Assembly (NCBI GenBank): GCA_041660005.1
Contig: JBAZXG010000003.1
Coordinates: 835 to 64,834 of the forward strand
Source of the DNA: Patescibacteria group bacterium
GTDB taxonomy: Bacteria; Patescibacteriota; Patescibacteriia; GWA2-46-9
Reading direction: 5' to 3'
DNA: 64,000 nucleotides
Within the stretch, counting starts at the first letter, position 1. Every line of letters begins with the position of its first letter. Below, in pieces: positions 53,627 through 63,395 of this stretch. The notes under the pieces are model-generated. The model saw only the letters and a list, made by a program, of their open reading frames with translations. It had not been told where the DNA came from and made no database searches. The translations under genes were made by a program, and so were the position numbers.

Positions 53627-55261
53627 ATGCGCAATTTGATTCGGCGTTTTTTTTTAGTCCAAACGAGTAGTATTACGAGAGCCGCATGGACAATCGCGCT
53701 CGCTAGTTTAGTAAGCAGATTACTTGGAGTTTTCCGTGATCGAATTCTTGCTAGCTCGTTCGGTGCAGGTGACGTTCTTGATATGTATTATGCGGCATTC
53801 AGGGTGCCCGATTTTATTTATAACCTTATCATTGTCGGCGCACTTTCCGCAGGATTTATTCCAGTGTTTATTGCTTTCCGGCGTAGTGGTGAACAATCGG
53901 GAGAGGAATCAGCATGGGAGTTGACCAATGTTTTTTTAACCATTTCTGGCATAGCACTTGTCGTCGTCGCCATACTCCTTGGTGTGTTCGCTCCGATTTT
54001 GGCGCCGCTCATAGCTCCTGGCTTCACGCCAGAAAAACAGGCGGCAGTTGCGGCGCTTACGCGAATTATTCTGTTTTCTCCAATACTCCTCGGTCTCTCC
54101 GCTATCCTCGGCGGAGTGCTTCAAGCGTACCGTAATTTTTTCATCTACTCACTTGCACCTATTTTTTACAACGTTGGTATTATTTTCGGTGCACTTTTCT
54201 TGGTACCATTCTACGGCGTGAGTGGTCTCGCCTGGGGTGTTGTTATTGGCGCTTTCTTCCATTTTCTAACGCAATTTTTTGCTGTCTGGCGTTTAGGTTG
54301 GCGACCGCATTTTATTTGGCAACCGCGGCACTCAGGACTACACGAAATAATGCGTCTCATGGTTCCTCGCACACTTTCTCTTGCAACGCAACAACTGAAC
54401 ATTGTTTTTCTGACCATTATCGCATCCTTTCTCGCTAGTGGCAGCTTAGCCATTTTTAATTTTTCCTCAAACTTGTATTTTGTGCCTGTTGCTTTTTTTG
54501 GTATTTCTTACGCGCTGGCCGTATTTCCTGCGCTGTCTGAGATGGCGCTGCAAGAAAATGATGCCGGTTTTAGAGCGCTCATTTCAAGTGCGGTGCGAAG
54601 TGTCCTTTTCTTTATTGTTCCGGCAACGATTCTTTTTGTCCTTCTCAGAGCACAAATCGTACGCGTTCTTTTTGGCAGCGGAGCTTTTGACTGGAATGAC
54701 ACGGTTCTCACTTTTGAATCGCTTCGTTGGTTGTCTATGAGCATGTTTGCAAGCTCGCTCATACCTGTTTTAGTGCGCGGGTTTTACGCCCGTCACAATA
54801 CCATGATTCCTTTTGCGGTTGGAATTTTGTCTGATGCCTTGACCATAGCAGGTGCATATTATCTTTCTCGGTTTTTTGGCGTTCTGGGGCTTGCCATGGC
54901 TTTTAGCTTAGGAGCCGTATTCCAAGTAGTAGGATTGTGGGTTTTTCTGCATTTTATCGCCGGAGACATGGACGAAAAACGTATATTCTTTTCAGTGATT
55001 CGTTTTACGATTGCTGGGATGATTATGGCGGTGGCAGTACAGGGCGTAAAGAACATTGCGGGCACCGTTCTCGGAACGAATACATTTATTGCTTTATCTC
55101 TTCAGGCAGCGCTTGCTAGTTTGGCAGGTGTCGTTATTTATGCAATAGTTTTGTGGTTTATGCAAAGCGAAGAGCTACATGAATTTATCACTGCACTCAG
55201 CCGTAAGCGTGAGCGAGTGAAGACGACGCTTGGAGCACTTAACGAAGGTGAAAGTCTTTAA
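53627..55261 (+). CDS. murJ: Lipid II flippase MurJ (MviN)
   Basis: 544 aa, about 14 TM. MOP-superfamily N-terminal motifs (LLGVFRDRILASSFGAGDVLDMYYAAFRVPDFIYNL). Confidence 0.88.
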   Translation: MRNLIRRFFLVQTSSITRAAWTIALASLVSRLLGVFRDRILASSFGAGDVLDMYYAAFRVPDFIYNLIIVGALSAGFIPVFIAFRRSGEQSGEESAWELTNVFLTISGIALVVVAILLGVFAPILAPLIAPGFTPEKQAAVAALTRIILFSPILLGLSAILGGVLQAYRNFFIYSLAPIFYNVGIIFGALFLVPFYGVSGLAWGVVIGAFFHFLTQFFAVWRLGWRPHFIWQPRHSGLHEIMRLMVPRTLSLATQQLNIVFLTIIASFLASGSLAIFNFSSNLYFVPVAFFGISYALAVFPALSEMALQENDAGFRALISSAVRSVLFFIVPATILFVLLRAQIVRVLFGSGAFDWNDTVLTFESLRWLSMSMFASSLIPVLVRGFYARHNTMIPFAVGILSDALTIAGAYYLSRFFGVLGLAMAFSLGAVFQVVGLWVFLHFIAGDMDEKRIFFSVIRFTIAGMIMAVAVQGVKNIAGTVLGTNTFIALSLQAALASLAGVVIYAIVLWFMQSEELHEFITALSRKRERVKTTLGALNEGESL

Positions 55262-55263
55262 CT

Positions 55264-57048
55264 ATGTACGACCAAAAACTTATCAGAAATTTTTGTATTA
55301 TTGCGCATATCGATCATGGTAAAAGTACCTTGGCTGATCGCTTAATTCAGCGAACAGGAACGATAGAGGACCGGCTACTCAAAAGCCAGCACCTCGACAC
55401 GATGGATATCGAACGCGAGCGTGGTATAACGATTAAGCTCCAGCCAGTTAGAATGCTTTACCAAAATATCGAATTTAACCTGATTGACACACCGGGACAT
55501 GTTGATTTTACCTACGAAGTTTCGCGCTCATTGGCGGCTGTTGAGGGTGCGATTTTACTCGTTGATGCAACACAGGGTATTCAGGCGCAAACGCTGGCTA
55601 ATCTCTATCTCGCCTTAGAACAAAATGTTGAAATTATTCCTGTTATCAATAAGATTGATCTTCCGAATGCCGACGTAGTACGCGTTAGTGGTGAACTGCA
55701 GCGACTCTTGGGTTGCAAAGATGAGGATATTTTACGCGCCTCCGGTAAAACAGGGGAAGGAGTGGACGTCATCTTAACGACCATCATAGGACAGGTTCCT
55801 GCTCCTCGCGGTGAAAGTAATGGTGATCTTCGTGCGCTTATTTTTGATTCAGTCTTTGATGAATATCGCGGTGTTATTATCTTTGTTAGGATTGTTGACG
55901 GAAAGGTTCGGCCGGGACAAAAAATTCATTTTGCCGCAACGAAGGCAACAGCAATTGTTGAAGAACTTGGTGCGCTCCGACCGCAACTTAGCCCGACTGC
56001 TGAGCTGACCGCCGGGGAGATTGGTTACATTGTGACGGGGTTAAAAGAGGTAAAATTGTGCCGTGTTGGTGATACGGTGATAGAGATAGGCAAGCCAGAT
56101 TCGATAGCTCTGCCGGGGTATCGTGAGGTTCACCCCATGGTGTATGTAGGTATTTTTCCAGAAGAGGGGAGCGAACATCAAACACTGCGCGACGCCCTGG
56201 AGCGTTTGGCGTTAAATGATGCAGCATTGCAATTTGAGCCAGAGCATTCCCCTGCCTTAGGTTTTGGTTTTCGCGTTGGTTTTCTTGGACTGTTACATTT
56301 GGAAGTAACGCAGGAGCGATTGCGTCGAGAGTACAATTTGGAGCTCGTTACTACTGCGCCATCCGTTGCTTATCGCGTTTACCTTAGCAACGGGGTTTCG
56401 CTCGACGTAAAAAGTCCACAGGATTTACCAAGGGCAGAAACAATAGAGCACCTTGAAGAGCCATGGGTTTCACTGGATGTTATTACACCCGTGAGCTACA
56501 TCGGTGGCATTATGCCGTTGGTGTCGGCTCGCCGCGGAGTTTATAAGACTACCGAATATATCGGTGATCGCGCGCTCTTGCATTATCGTTTGCCGCTGCA
56601 GTCGATACTCGTTGATTTTTATGATAAGCTCAAAAGTGTCAGTTCGGGCTACGCATCAATGAATTATCAACTCGATGGCTACGAGCAGGCGGATGTTGTG
56701 CGAATGGATGTTTTAATTGCGGAAGAGCCCGCAGAAGCTCTTGCCACAATAGTCTATCGCGACGACGTGCAGGAGCGAGGAAGAAAAATTACAGCTCACC
56801 TCAAAGAGGTTCTACCTCGTCAGCAGTTTGTTTTAAAAATACAGGCCGCTGTTGGTGGTAAGGTTATCGCTTCGGAACATTTGAGTGCTTTGCGTAAGGA
56901 TGTTACTGCAAAACTTTACGGGGGGGACGTTACTAGAAAGCGGAAACTGTTGGACAAACAGAAAAAAGGGAAAAAACGTATGGCTGAACACGGGAGAGGT
57001 AAAGTTGCAATTCCTCCAGAGACTTTCATTAGTATTTTGAAACAATAG
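55264..57048 (+). CDS. lepA: Elongation factor 4 (LepA)
   Basis: 594 aa. G-domain AHIDHGKSTL, DTPGHVDF, NKID, and the LepA-specific C-terminal domain. Confidence 0.95.
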   Translation: MYDQKLIRNFCIIAHIDHGKSTLADRLIQRTGTIEDRLLKSQHLDTMDIERERGITIKLQPVRMLYQNIEFNLIDTPGHVDFTYEVSRSLAAVEGAILLVDATQGIQAQTLANLYLALEQNVEIIPVINKIDLPNADVVRVSGELQRLLGCKDEDILRASGKTGEGVDVILTTIIGQVPAPRGESNGDLRALIFDSVFDEYRGVIIFVRIVDGKVRPGQKIHFAATKATAIVEELGALRPQLSPTAELTAGEIGYIVTGLKEVKLCRVGDTVIEIGKPDSIALPGYREVHPMVYVGIFPEEGSEHQTLRDALERLALNDAALQFEPEHSPALGFGFRVGFLGLLHLEVTQERLRREYNLELVTTAPSVAYRVYLSNGVSLDVKSPQDLPRAETIEHLEEPWVSLDVITPVSYIGGIMPLVSARRGVYKTTEYIGDRALLHYRLPLQSILVDFYDKLKSVSSGYASMNYQLDGYEQADVVRMDVLIAEEPAEALATIVYRDDVQERGRKITAHLKEVLPRQQFVLKIQAAVGGKVIASEHLSALRKDVTAKLYGGDVTRKRKLLDKQKKGKKRMAEHGRGKVAIPPETFISILKQ

Positions 57049-57115
57049 TGTATGCTTAAGAAAAAGAAACGACTGCAACGACGCATATGGATTGTGGTGA
57101 ACGCCATGGTTATTA

Positions 57116-58888
57116 TTGGAATGCTTCTCTTTACCTTGGCTCCGCTCTTGCGCTATTAAGATGTTGTCATACGTTTGGCAGCTGGGTAATCAGCCGGGAG
57201 GAGCGCCAAGTAAACCATCCGATATTCAAACTATAGTACGCGCTATTGTTCAGGCGCGCGGATTTAGTAGTGAACATGATATTGACCTTTTTTTAAATCC
57301 CGATTACGGGCGTGATGTTCACGATCCTTTTTTGTTCGCCAGTATGCGTATGGTGGTTGATCGTATTTACAAAGCGATTCAGCGCTCTGAACGCATTGTC
57401 GTTTTCGCTGACTACGATGCAGACGGTGTGTGTAGTGCGGCGGTAATGGTGAGCGCTCTTGAGGCCTTAGGCGCTCGAGATATTGAAGTATATATACCGC
57501 ACCGTGAAGACGAAGGATATGGGCTTAATATGGGTGCTATCCAGAAGTTTATTGCGTCAGATACTAAATTATTGATTACACTCGATTGCGGCACAACAAA
57601 TGTTGAAGAAATTGCCTCAGCGAAAAGCGCCGGTGTTGATGTCATTGTCATTGATCACCATCATGTGCCAGAAGAACTACCCGGGGCGTATGCATTACTA
57701 AATCCAAAAATGCCCGGCGAAAGTTACCCGTATCACGATTTGGCCTCAGTTGGTATGGCTTTTAAAGTTGCGCAGGCGCTATTCAAAGATCGTGTGTCGG
57801 GCTTTCCAGAAGAGCGGGAACGTTGGTTGCTTGCCGAAAAATGGCTATTAGATCTTGTGGCCATAGCGACGGTAACTGACTTGGTGCCGCTCACCGGCGA
57901 AAACAGGGTGCTCCTAAAGTATGGGTTGATTGTTCTCAATAAAACGATGCGGCCAGGTTTACGAGCGTTGATAGAGGAGTGTGGTGAGATCAATAGTGCC
58001 ATTACGGCAGAGACCATCGGTTTTCGCATCGGACCACGTTTAAATGCCGCTGGACGCATGGGTCATGCCATCGATGCCTACAATTTATTGATGGCAAAAA
58101 ATGACGTCGAAGCGACCACTTTGGCTAAAACTTTGAGTGATGCTAATCGCGCTCGACAAGTATTGACCGAAAAAGTAACTGCGGCCGCGAATGCTGAGCT
58201 TGAAGAAAATAAGAATGATCGTGTTCTGGTCGCCATTGGTAACGGTTGGCCAATTGGGTTAGTTGGGTTAGTTGCCAGCAGATTACTTGAACGTCATAAT
58301 CGTCCCGTTCTTGTCATCAGTAGGACCAGTCGCGGGCTTATCGGTTCAGGCAGGAGTGTTCCTGATTTTAATATTATTGAGGCAATGCATACCGTGCCGG
58401 ACCTTTTTGTGAAGTTTGGCGGTCACGCGCAAGCATGTGGATTTACATTGCCTGACGATGCGGCAGCTGATGAGTTGCGCTTGCGACTTAATACTTTAGC
58501 AGCTGTGCAGTTCTCGGAAGGGGTACGTGCCCCTGATCTAGAGCTAGCGGGAGTCTTAGAGTTGCGTCATGTACAATTAAATTTATTCAGCGAACTGCAA
58601 AAACTTGAGCCATGTGGTATGGGGAATATGCGCCCGATTTTTCTTTTTAGTAAACTTACGGTTGTCCACTTTGCTGCGGTTGGTGTCGACAAAAAGCATT
58701 TGAAATTGATGCTGAGTGATCACGACGGGCAGATTGTTACGGCGATTGGGTTCAAACTCGGTGCCTGGGGCGAACGCTTGACGCTTGGGGACCATATCGA
58801 CATTGCGGCAGAGATTATCAAAAATGAGTGGCGTGGATCGAACGACTTACAGCTTCGCGTTGTTGATCTCCGCCGGACACTATCATAG
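57116..58888 (+). CDS. recJ: Single-stranded-DNA-specific exonuclease RecJ
   Basis: 590 aa. DHH motifs (VFADYDADGVCS, DHH at IVIDHHH), the DHHA1 domain (GGHAQACG) and an OB-fold C-terminus. The start may be the internal ATG at 57161. Confidence 0.88.
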   Translation: MECFSLPWLRSCAIKMLSYVWQLGNQPGGAPSKPSDIQTIVRAIVQARGFSSEHDIDLFLNPDYGRDVHDPFLFASMRMVVDRIYKAIQRSERIVVFADYDADGVCSAAVMVSALEALGARDIEVYIPHREDEGYGLNMGAIQKFIASDTKLLITLDCGTTNVEEIASAKSAGVDVIVIDHHHVPEELPGAYALLNPKMPGESYPYHDLASVGMAFKVAQALFKDRVSGFPEERERWLLAEKWLLDLVAIATVTDLVPLTGENRVLLKYGLIVLNKTMRPGLRALIEECGEINSAITAETIGFRIGPRLNAAGRMGHAIDAYNLLMAKNDVEATTLAKTLSDANRARQVLTEKVTAAANAELEENKNDRVLVAIGNGWPIGLVGLVASRLLERHNRPVLVISRTSRGLIGSGRSVPDFNIIEAMHTVPDLFVKFGGHAQACGFTLPDDAAADELRLRLNTLAAVQFSEGVRAPDLELAGVLELRHVQLNLFSELQKLEPCGMGNMRPIFLFSKLTVVHFAAVGVDKKHLKLMLSDHDGQIVTAIGFKLGAWGERLTLGDHIDIAAEIIKNEWRGSNDLQLRVVDLRRTLS

Positions 58889-58889
58889 A

Positions 58890-59321
58890 ATGAATAACAT
58901 GAAGAAAGTCGTCCATATTCATACCGATGGGGGAGCCCGAGGAAACCCAGGGCCGGCTGCGCTTGGTGTTTATATTACGGACGAGCTAGGAGTGCTGTTG
59001 CAAGAATTTGGTCGTTATCTCGGTATCGCTACTAATAATCAGGCGGAGTATCAGGCGTTGATTGCAGCTCTTGAGGCGGCAAAAAAATTTGAGCCAGAGT
59101 TAGTGCATTGTTATCTTGATAGCGAGTTAGTAGTCAAACAAATGAAACGCGAGTACCGGGTAAAGCATGTAGATCTGCAGCCGCTTTTTTTAAAGGCCTG
59201 GAATGCTGCGGCTAGTTTCAAAAAAATTAGCTTTACGCATGTGCCAAGAGCAAGAAATAAAGAGGCCGATCGACTGGTCAACGCAGCCCTTGATGCTGCT
59301 CAAGACGCGGTTGACAAATAG
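58890..59321 (+). CDS. rnhA: Ribonuclease HI
   Basis: Track ORF 58785..59321, but its N-terminal part overlaps recJ. The ATG at 58890 gives MNNMKKVVHIHTDGGARGNPGPAALGV... with the RNase H catalytic residues D-E-D-D (DGG, AEYQAL, DS, NKEADRL). Confidence 0.85.
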   Translation: MNNMKKVVHIHTDGGARGNPGPAALGVYITDELGVLLQEFGRYLGIATNNQAEYQALIAALEAAKKFEPELVHCYLDSELVVKQMKREYRVKHVDLQPLFLKAWNAAASFKKISFTHVPRARNKEADRLVNAALDAAQDAVDK

Positions 59322-59360
59322 CCACTTTTTTTGTTACTCTAGCACTATTATCAAGATAGT

Positions 59361-59763
59361 GACATCGAAAAAGAGGTCAGAGAATACTGGGCGGCCGCTT
59401 CGACAGTGATGTCGGAGAGGAAAGTCCGAACACCACCTCGCAAGAGGTATAAGGATAGTTCCTAACGGGAACCGCAGTGGCGGCAACGCCATTGTAGGGC
59501 CAGTGCCACAGAGACAATACTATCCGCCAACAGCTACGCAGTTGCTGGCGGAGAAGCGTGAAAAGTTGGGCGGTGTACATTTTTGTGCTACGCCTGTTCC
59601 TACCGCGCGAGCGGCAAGGATGGTAAACCCTATCCGGTGCAAGAGCAAATTTGGTAGCTCGCTTGATCCGTCAGGCAACTGACGGGCTAGAGAGATGGTC
59701 GCCGCTCGGAACGTCTGAGTACAGAATTCGGCTTATAAGTATTCTCTCCTCTTTTTCGATGTC
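59361..59763 (+). repeat. 26-28 bp inverted repeat bracketing rnpB (gacatcgaaaaagaggTCagagaatact / agtattctctCCcctctttttcgatgtc), P1 plus a 16-bp perfect outer extension
   Basis: 59361-59388 pairs with 59738-59763, with only a 2-nt internal mismatch. Confidence 0.8.
59378..59750 (+). ncRNA. rnpB: RNase P RNA (bacterial type A), rnpB
   Basis: P4 5' strand GAGGAAAGTCCGAAC at 59415-59430 and the conserved 3' element ACAGAATTCGGCTTAT at 59721-59736 (consensus ACAGAAcCCGGCUUA). P1 is agagaatact / agtattctct. Ends are approximate. Confidence 0.85.
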
Positions 59764-59773
59764 AGTAGCATAA

Positions 59774-61192
59774 ATGAAGCGCACGGAGCTATTTTTTTCA
59801 ATACTTTTAGTCCCTCTAGATTTTTGTGCTCTTCTTCTTGCTGCTCTAGCGGCGCAGAGGATACGGTTTCTTGATGTGGTCGAAGGTATTCGGCCTGCGC
59901 TGTACAGTATTGCGACGGAACGCCTGGTACTGTCAGCCAGTATTATTGCTGTGGTGTGGATACTTTTTTTCTCGCTCGCTGGGCTTTACAGTAGGCGCAT
60001 TACCGACCCTTTTTCTAACGAATTTTTGAAAATTATCTCTGCTTGCTCTGCTGGTCTCGTGCTTGTGGTTTTCATTGTTTTTTTCAAACGGGAACTTTTT
60101 TCTTCTCGCTTTGTGATTTTAGTAGCATGGTTTTTAGCAATATTTTTTGTAACAGCACTTCGTTTTTTTGTTCGAAAGATGCAGCAACTGCTTTTTCGCT
60201 TCGGTTATGCTGCTCGACGTATTGTTATTGTAGGAAAAAGTAGCACGGTAGTGGAATTGAAAAATCAGATGACCATGCATCCTGAGTCAGGATACAGAGT
60301 TATTGCTGTTGTTTCTCCCGATGAGCATGGTCTTGCTGAGCTGCAGGCACTTAGCAAGCCTGGTGTACTGGACGAAGTTATTTACGCAGATGCAGATTCG
60401 TCGAACGAAGAACGCATTCTTTTTTTAGAATTTGCCGAAGAGCGCCATCTTAACTTTCGCTATACACCTGACTTACTGCAGTCAACTATTCGCCGACCCG
60501 TGGTCAATTTTGATATTGGTGTACCTTTGATTGAGGTTCCTGCGACAAAAATTGAAGGGTGGGGGAGGATATTTAAAAGAGTTTTTGATTTTGCGGCCGG
60601 CGTTTTTGGTCTTGTGCTCTTTATGCCTGTTTTTGCTCTTGTGGCAGTCGGCATTTTCATGGAAACGGGGTTGCCTGTTTTTTATGCATCTCTGCGCGTT
60701 GGACGTCGGGGAACTTTTGTCGTTTATAAATTTCGTTCCATGTACTTGCGTGACTGCACTGGTAGTAATTATGGGGGTGCAGCAGCACAGGCCCTTTATG
60801 ACCAGCTTGTTGCCACTAGCGGATCGCGCGGTGGTCCTGTACCTAAAGTTATTAACGATCCGCGTGTTACGCGTTTTGGTAAATTTATACGACGCTATAG
60901 TCTCGATGAATTGCCACAGTTTTGGAATATTATAAAAGGTGACATGAGTCTCATTGGGCCACGTCCGCATTTGCCTTGGGAGGTGTCCCGTTACGAAAAA
61001 CATCACCGCAAGGTACTCGCCGTGAAGCCGGGTTTGACAGGACTAGCGCAAGTGAGCGGTCGCTCTGATCTCGATTTTGAAGAGGAGGTCCGATTGGATC
61101 GTTACTATGTGGAACAGTGGTCACCGCTGCTTGATCTTGTTATTATCCTGAGAACTGTTGGTGCGGTTATACGCCCGCGGCGCGCTTTATGA
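59774..61192 (+). CDS. Polyprenyl-phosphate sugar phosphotransferase (bacterial sugar transferase family, WbaP/WcaJ-like)
   Basis: 472 aa. Four or five N-terminal TM segments and a C-terminal catalytic domain (KFRSM, DELPQFWNIIKGDMSLIGPRP). Confidence 0.85.
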   Translation: MKRTELFFSILLVPLDFCALLLAALAAQRIRFLDVVEGIRPALYSIATERLVLSASIIAVVWILFFSLAGLYSRRITDPFSNEFLKIISACSAGLVLVVFIVFFKRELFSSRFVILVAWFLAIFFVTALRFFVRKMQQLLFRFGYAARRIVIVGKSSTVVELKNQMTMHPESGYRVIAVVSPDEHGLAELQALSKPGVLDEVIYADADSSNEERILFLEFAEERHLNFRYTPDLLQSTIRRPVVNFDIGVPLIEVPATKIEGWGRIFKRVFDFAAGVFGLVLFMPVFALVAVGIFMETGLPVFYASLRVGRRGTFVVYKFRSMYLRDCTGSNYGGAAAQALYDQLVATSGSRGGPVPKVINDPRVTRFGKFIRRYSLDELPQFWNIIKGDMSLIGPRPHLPWEVSRYEKHHRKVLAVKPGLTGLAQVSGRSDLDFEEEVRLDRYYVEQWSPLLDLVIILRTVGAVIRPRRAL

Positions 61193-62289
61193 AAGTTGCT
61201 CTTGTTCACGATTTTCTCACGCAAGATGGGGGCGCGGAGCGTGTTTTGAGCGTTTTAGCGAGCATGTACCCTACTGCCCCGATTTATACGCTGGTCTACA
61301 ACAAAGAGGTTCTTGGTTCGCGATTTGAAGGTAAAGATATTCGAACGTCTTTCATTCAGCGCATGCCGGGCGGTGTTCGTCATTACCAATTCTATTTGCT
61401 GCTGATGCCAACAGCCATTGAAACGTTTGATCTTTCCGGGTACGACGTTGTTATTTCTTCAGCGTCTGCCTTTGCAAAAGGTATTTTAACCGACGAGCGT
61501 ACGGTACATATTTGTTACTGTCACACACCGACTCGTTACCTATGGTCAGACGCAGTGAGCTACATAAAAACACTGCCGTATCCGAAAGTTATTCGAGCGC
61601 TCATTCCTTTTGTTCTCACAAAACTTCGTCCTTGGGACATGCTAGCCGCCGGAAGGGTTGACGTTATGGTAGCTAATTCAGTTGCAGTGGCAGAGCGCAT
61701 TCGGAAATATTATAAGCGGGAGTCGGAAGTTATTTATCCGCCAGTAGACGCCCCGGGATTTACTAGTGAGCGCAACGAAAAAGATTTTTTCTTGACCGGC
61801 GGACGACTCGTTGGATATAAGCGTTTTGATATTGTTATTGAAGCATGTTCGCGCTTGCGTTTACCTTTACACATTTTTGGCACAGGACCCGATCGTGTGC
61901 GCCTTGAAAAGTTGGCAGGTAATACCGTGAAGTTTCTTGGACATGTTTCAAAAAAAGAATTAGTGAACGAGTATGCATCTTGTCGCGCCTTTGTTCACCC
62001 GCAAGTCGAAGACTTTGGCATCACGGCAATTGAAGCCATGGCTGTCGGCGTACCAGTGATTGCGTTCGCTGGGGGCGGAGCGCTTGAAACAGTGCGACCA
62101 GGCATATCAGGAGTTTTTTTTGACGAACAAAGCTGGGAGTCGTTGGCGGACGCGTTAGCGCGCTTTTCCTCAAGTCAATTTTCGACAAGCGTTATTTCCG
62201 CAGAGGCCAATCAGTATGCAACCGATGTTTTTATTCAAAAGTTTGGCAGTCTTGTTCGTCGCGAAATTGCTAAACGCGTTAAGAGATGA
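61189..62289 (+). CDS. Glycosyltransferase family 4 (GT-B)
   Basis: 366 aa. KVALVHDFLTQDGGAERV N-terminus and the E-x7-E region (EDFGITAIEAMAVGVPVIA). Confidence 0.8.
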   Translation: MKVALVHDFLTQDGGAERVLSVLASMYPTAPIYTLVYNKEVLGSRFEGKDIRTSFIQRMPGGVRHYQFYLLLMPTAIETFDLSGYDVVISSASAFAKGILTDERTVHICYCHTPTRYLWSDAVSYIKTLPYPKVIRALIPFVLTKLRPWDMLAAGRVDVMVANSVAVAERIRKYYKRESEVIYPPVDAPGFTSERNEKDFFLTGGRLVGYKRFDIVIEACSRLRLPLHIFGTGPDRVRLEKLAGNTVKFLGHVSKKELVNEYASCRAFVHPQVEDFGITAIEAMAVGVPVIAFAGGGALETVRPGISGVFFDEQSWESLADALARFSSSQFSTSVISAEANQYATDVFIQKFGSLVRREIAKRVKR

Positions 62290-63395
62290 GAATTGGTATT
62301 GATTTACGAGTTCTTGATGACCCGTTCGGGTCTGGTGTTGCACGCTATACAACTTTAATGCTGGCGGAGCTGAAGAAGATCCTAACTGCCAGGGGTCATA
62401 CTTTAATTGGTTACCGAAGTGGCCACAGGCGTAAAGCTGAAAAAATATTGGAGAACGAGCACGTGGTTCAACTACCCAATACTATTTTGAATTTATGCAG
62501 TGTCATGTTTGGCTTACCGACGTCTGCACAATGTTTTCCGAAAGCTGATCTGATTTGGCAGCCCAATCCGCTTTTTTTGGGTCAAGTACGGATACCCCTT
62601 TTTGTGACGATACACGATTTATCGTTTGTGCGTCAGCCGGAAACGTTCCCCTTGCATACACGTTTATGGTATTTACGTAATGTTAAAAATTTTTTACGCC
62701 GCGCTGATCCTGGTACGTATCTTATGGCGGTATCAGAGCATACGAAGGATGACATTCTTGATCTTTTTCCCCAATGGAAGGGTAGAGTTTTTGTTGTACC
62801 ACCCCCATTACTGAGCTCTTTTTTAAACGAAGGAGCGCCAGTTAAAACGAATAAGCAGAAATATTTTCTTTACGTCGGAGCTGTAGAAGTTAGAAAAAAC
62901 GTGGTGTCGCTCATGAATGGTTTTATAAAGTTCCGCCAAAGCCATCCCGATTATCAACTTTACGTCGTGGGACGGCAGGGCTTTTTGTCGGTCAATAATA
63001 TGATTGATAAAGATTACCTTCTTAAAAACGGTGTGGTGCTTGCCGGTTACGTCGACGAGACAGAGCGTCGCCGGCTTTTGGTAAACGCGAGCGGCCTCAT
63101 TTATCCATCCTTTTATGAAGGCTTTGGCTATCCTCCGCTTGAGGCGCTAGAAGTGCACGTTCCGGTCATTGCTGGCGCCGATACTGCTCTTACAAAAACG
63201 CTTGGAGACGCAGCGCTCTGGATAAATCCGTATCGCATTGGTGACGAACTGCCGGGTGCGTTAGCGGCGCTAGTTGATAGTCCGGAATACCGGCAGCATA
63301 TGATTGAGAAGGGGTTAAAACAGTTAGCAGGTATACAAAAGGATTTTTCGCTTTTACCGTTAGTTGAACTATGGGAAAGATTCGCCTCGGTATAG
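62286..63395 (+). CDS. Glycosyltransferase family 1/4 (GT-B)
   Basis: 369 aa. GT4-like C-terminal motif (YEGFGYPPLEALEVHVPVIA). Confidence 0.75.
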   Translation: MRIGIDLRVLDDPFGSGVARYTTLMLAELKKILTARGHTLIGYRSGHRRKAEKILENEHVVQLPNTILNLCSVMFGLPTSAQCFPKADLIWQPNPLFLGQVRIPLFVTIHDLSFVRQPETFPLHTRLWYLRNVKNFLRRADPGTYLMAVSEHTKDDILDLFPQWKGRVFVVPPPLLSSFLNEGAPVKTNKQKYFLYVGAVEVRKNVVSLMNGFIKFRQSHPDYQLYVVGRQGFLSVNNMIDKDYLLKNGVVLAGYVDETERRRLLVNASGLIYPSFYEGFGYPPLEALEVHVPVIAGADTALTKTLGDAALWINPYRIGDELPGALAALVDSPEYRQHMIEKGLKQLAGIQKDFSLLPLVELWERFASV

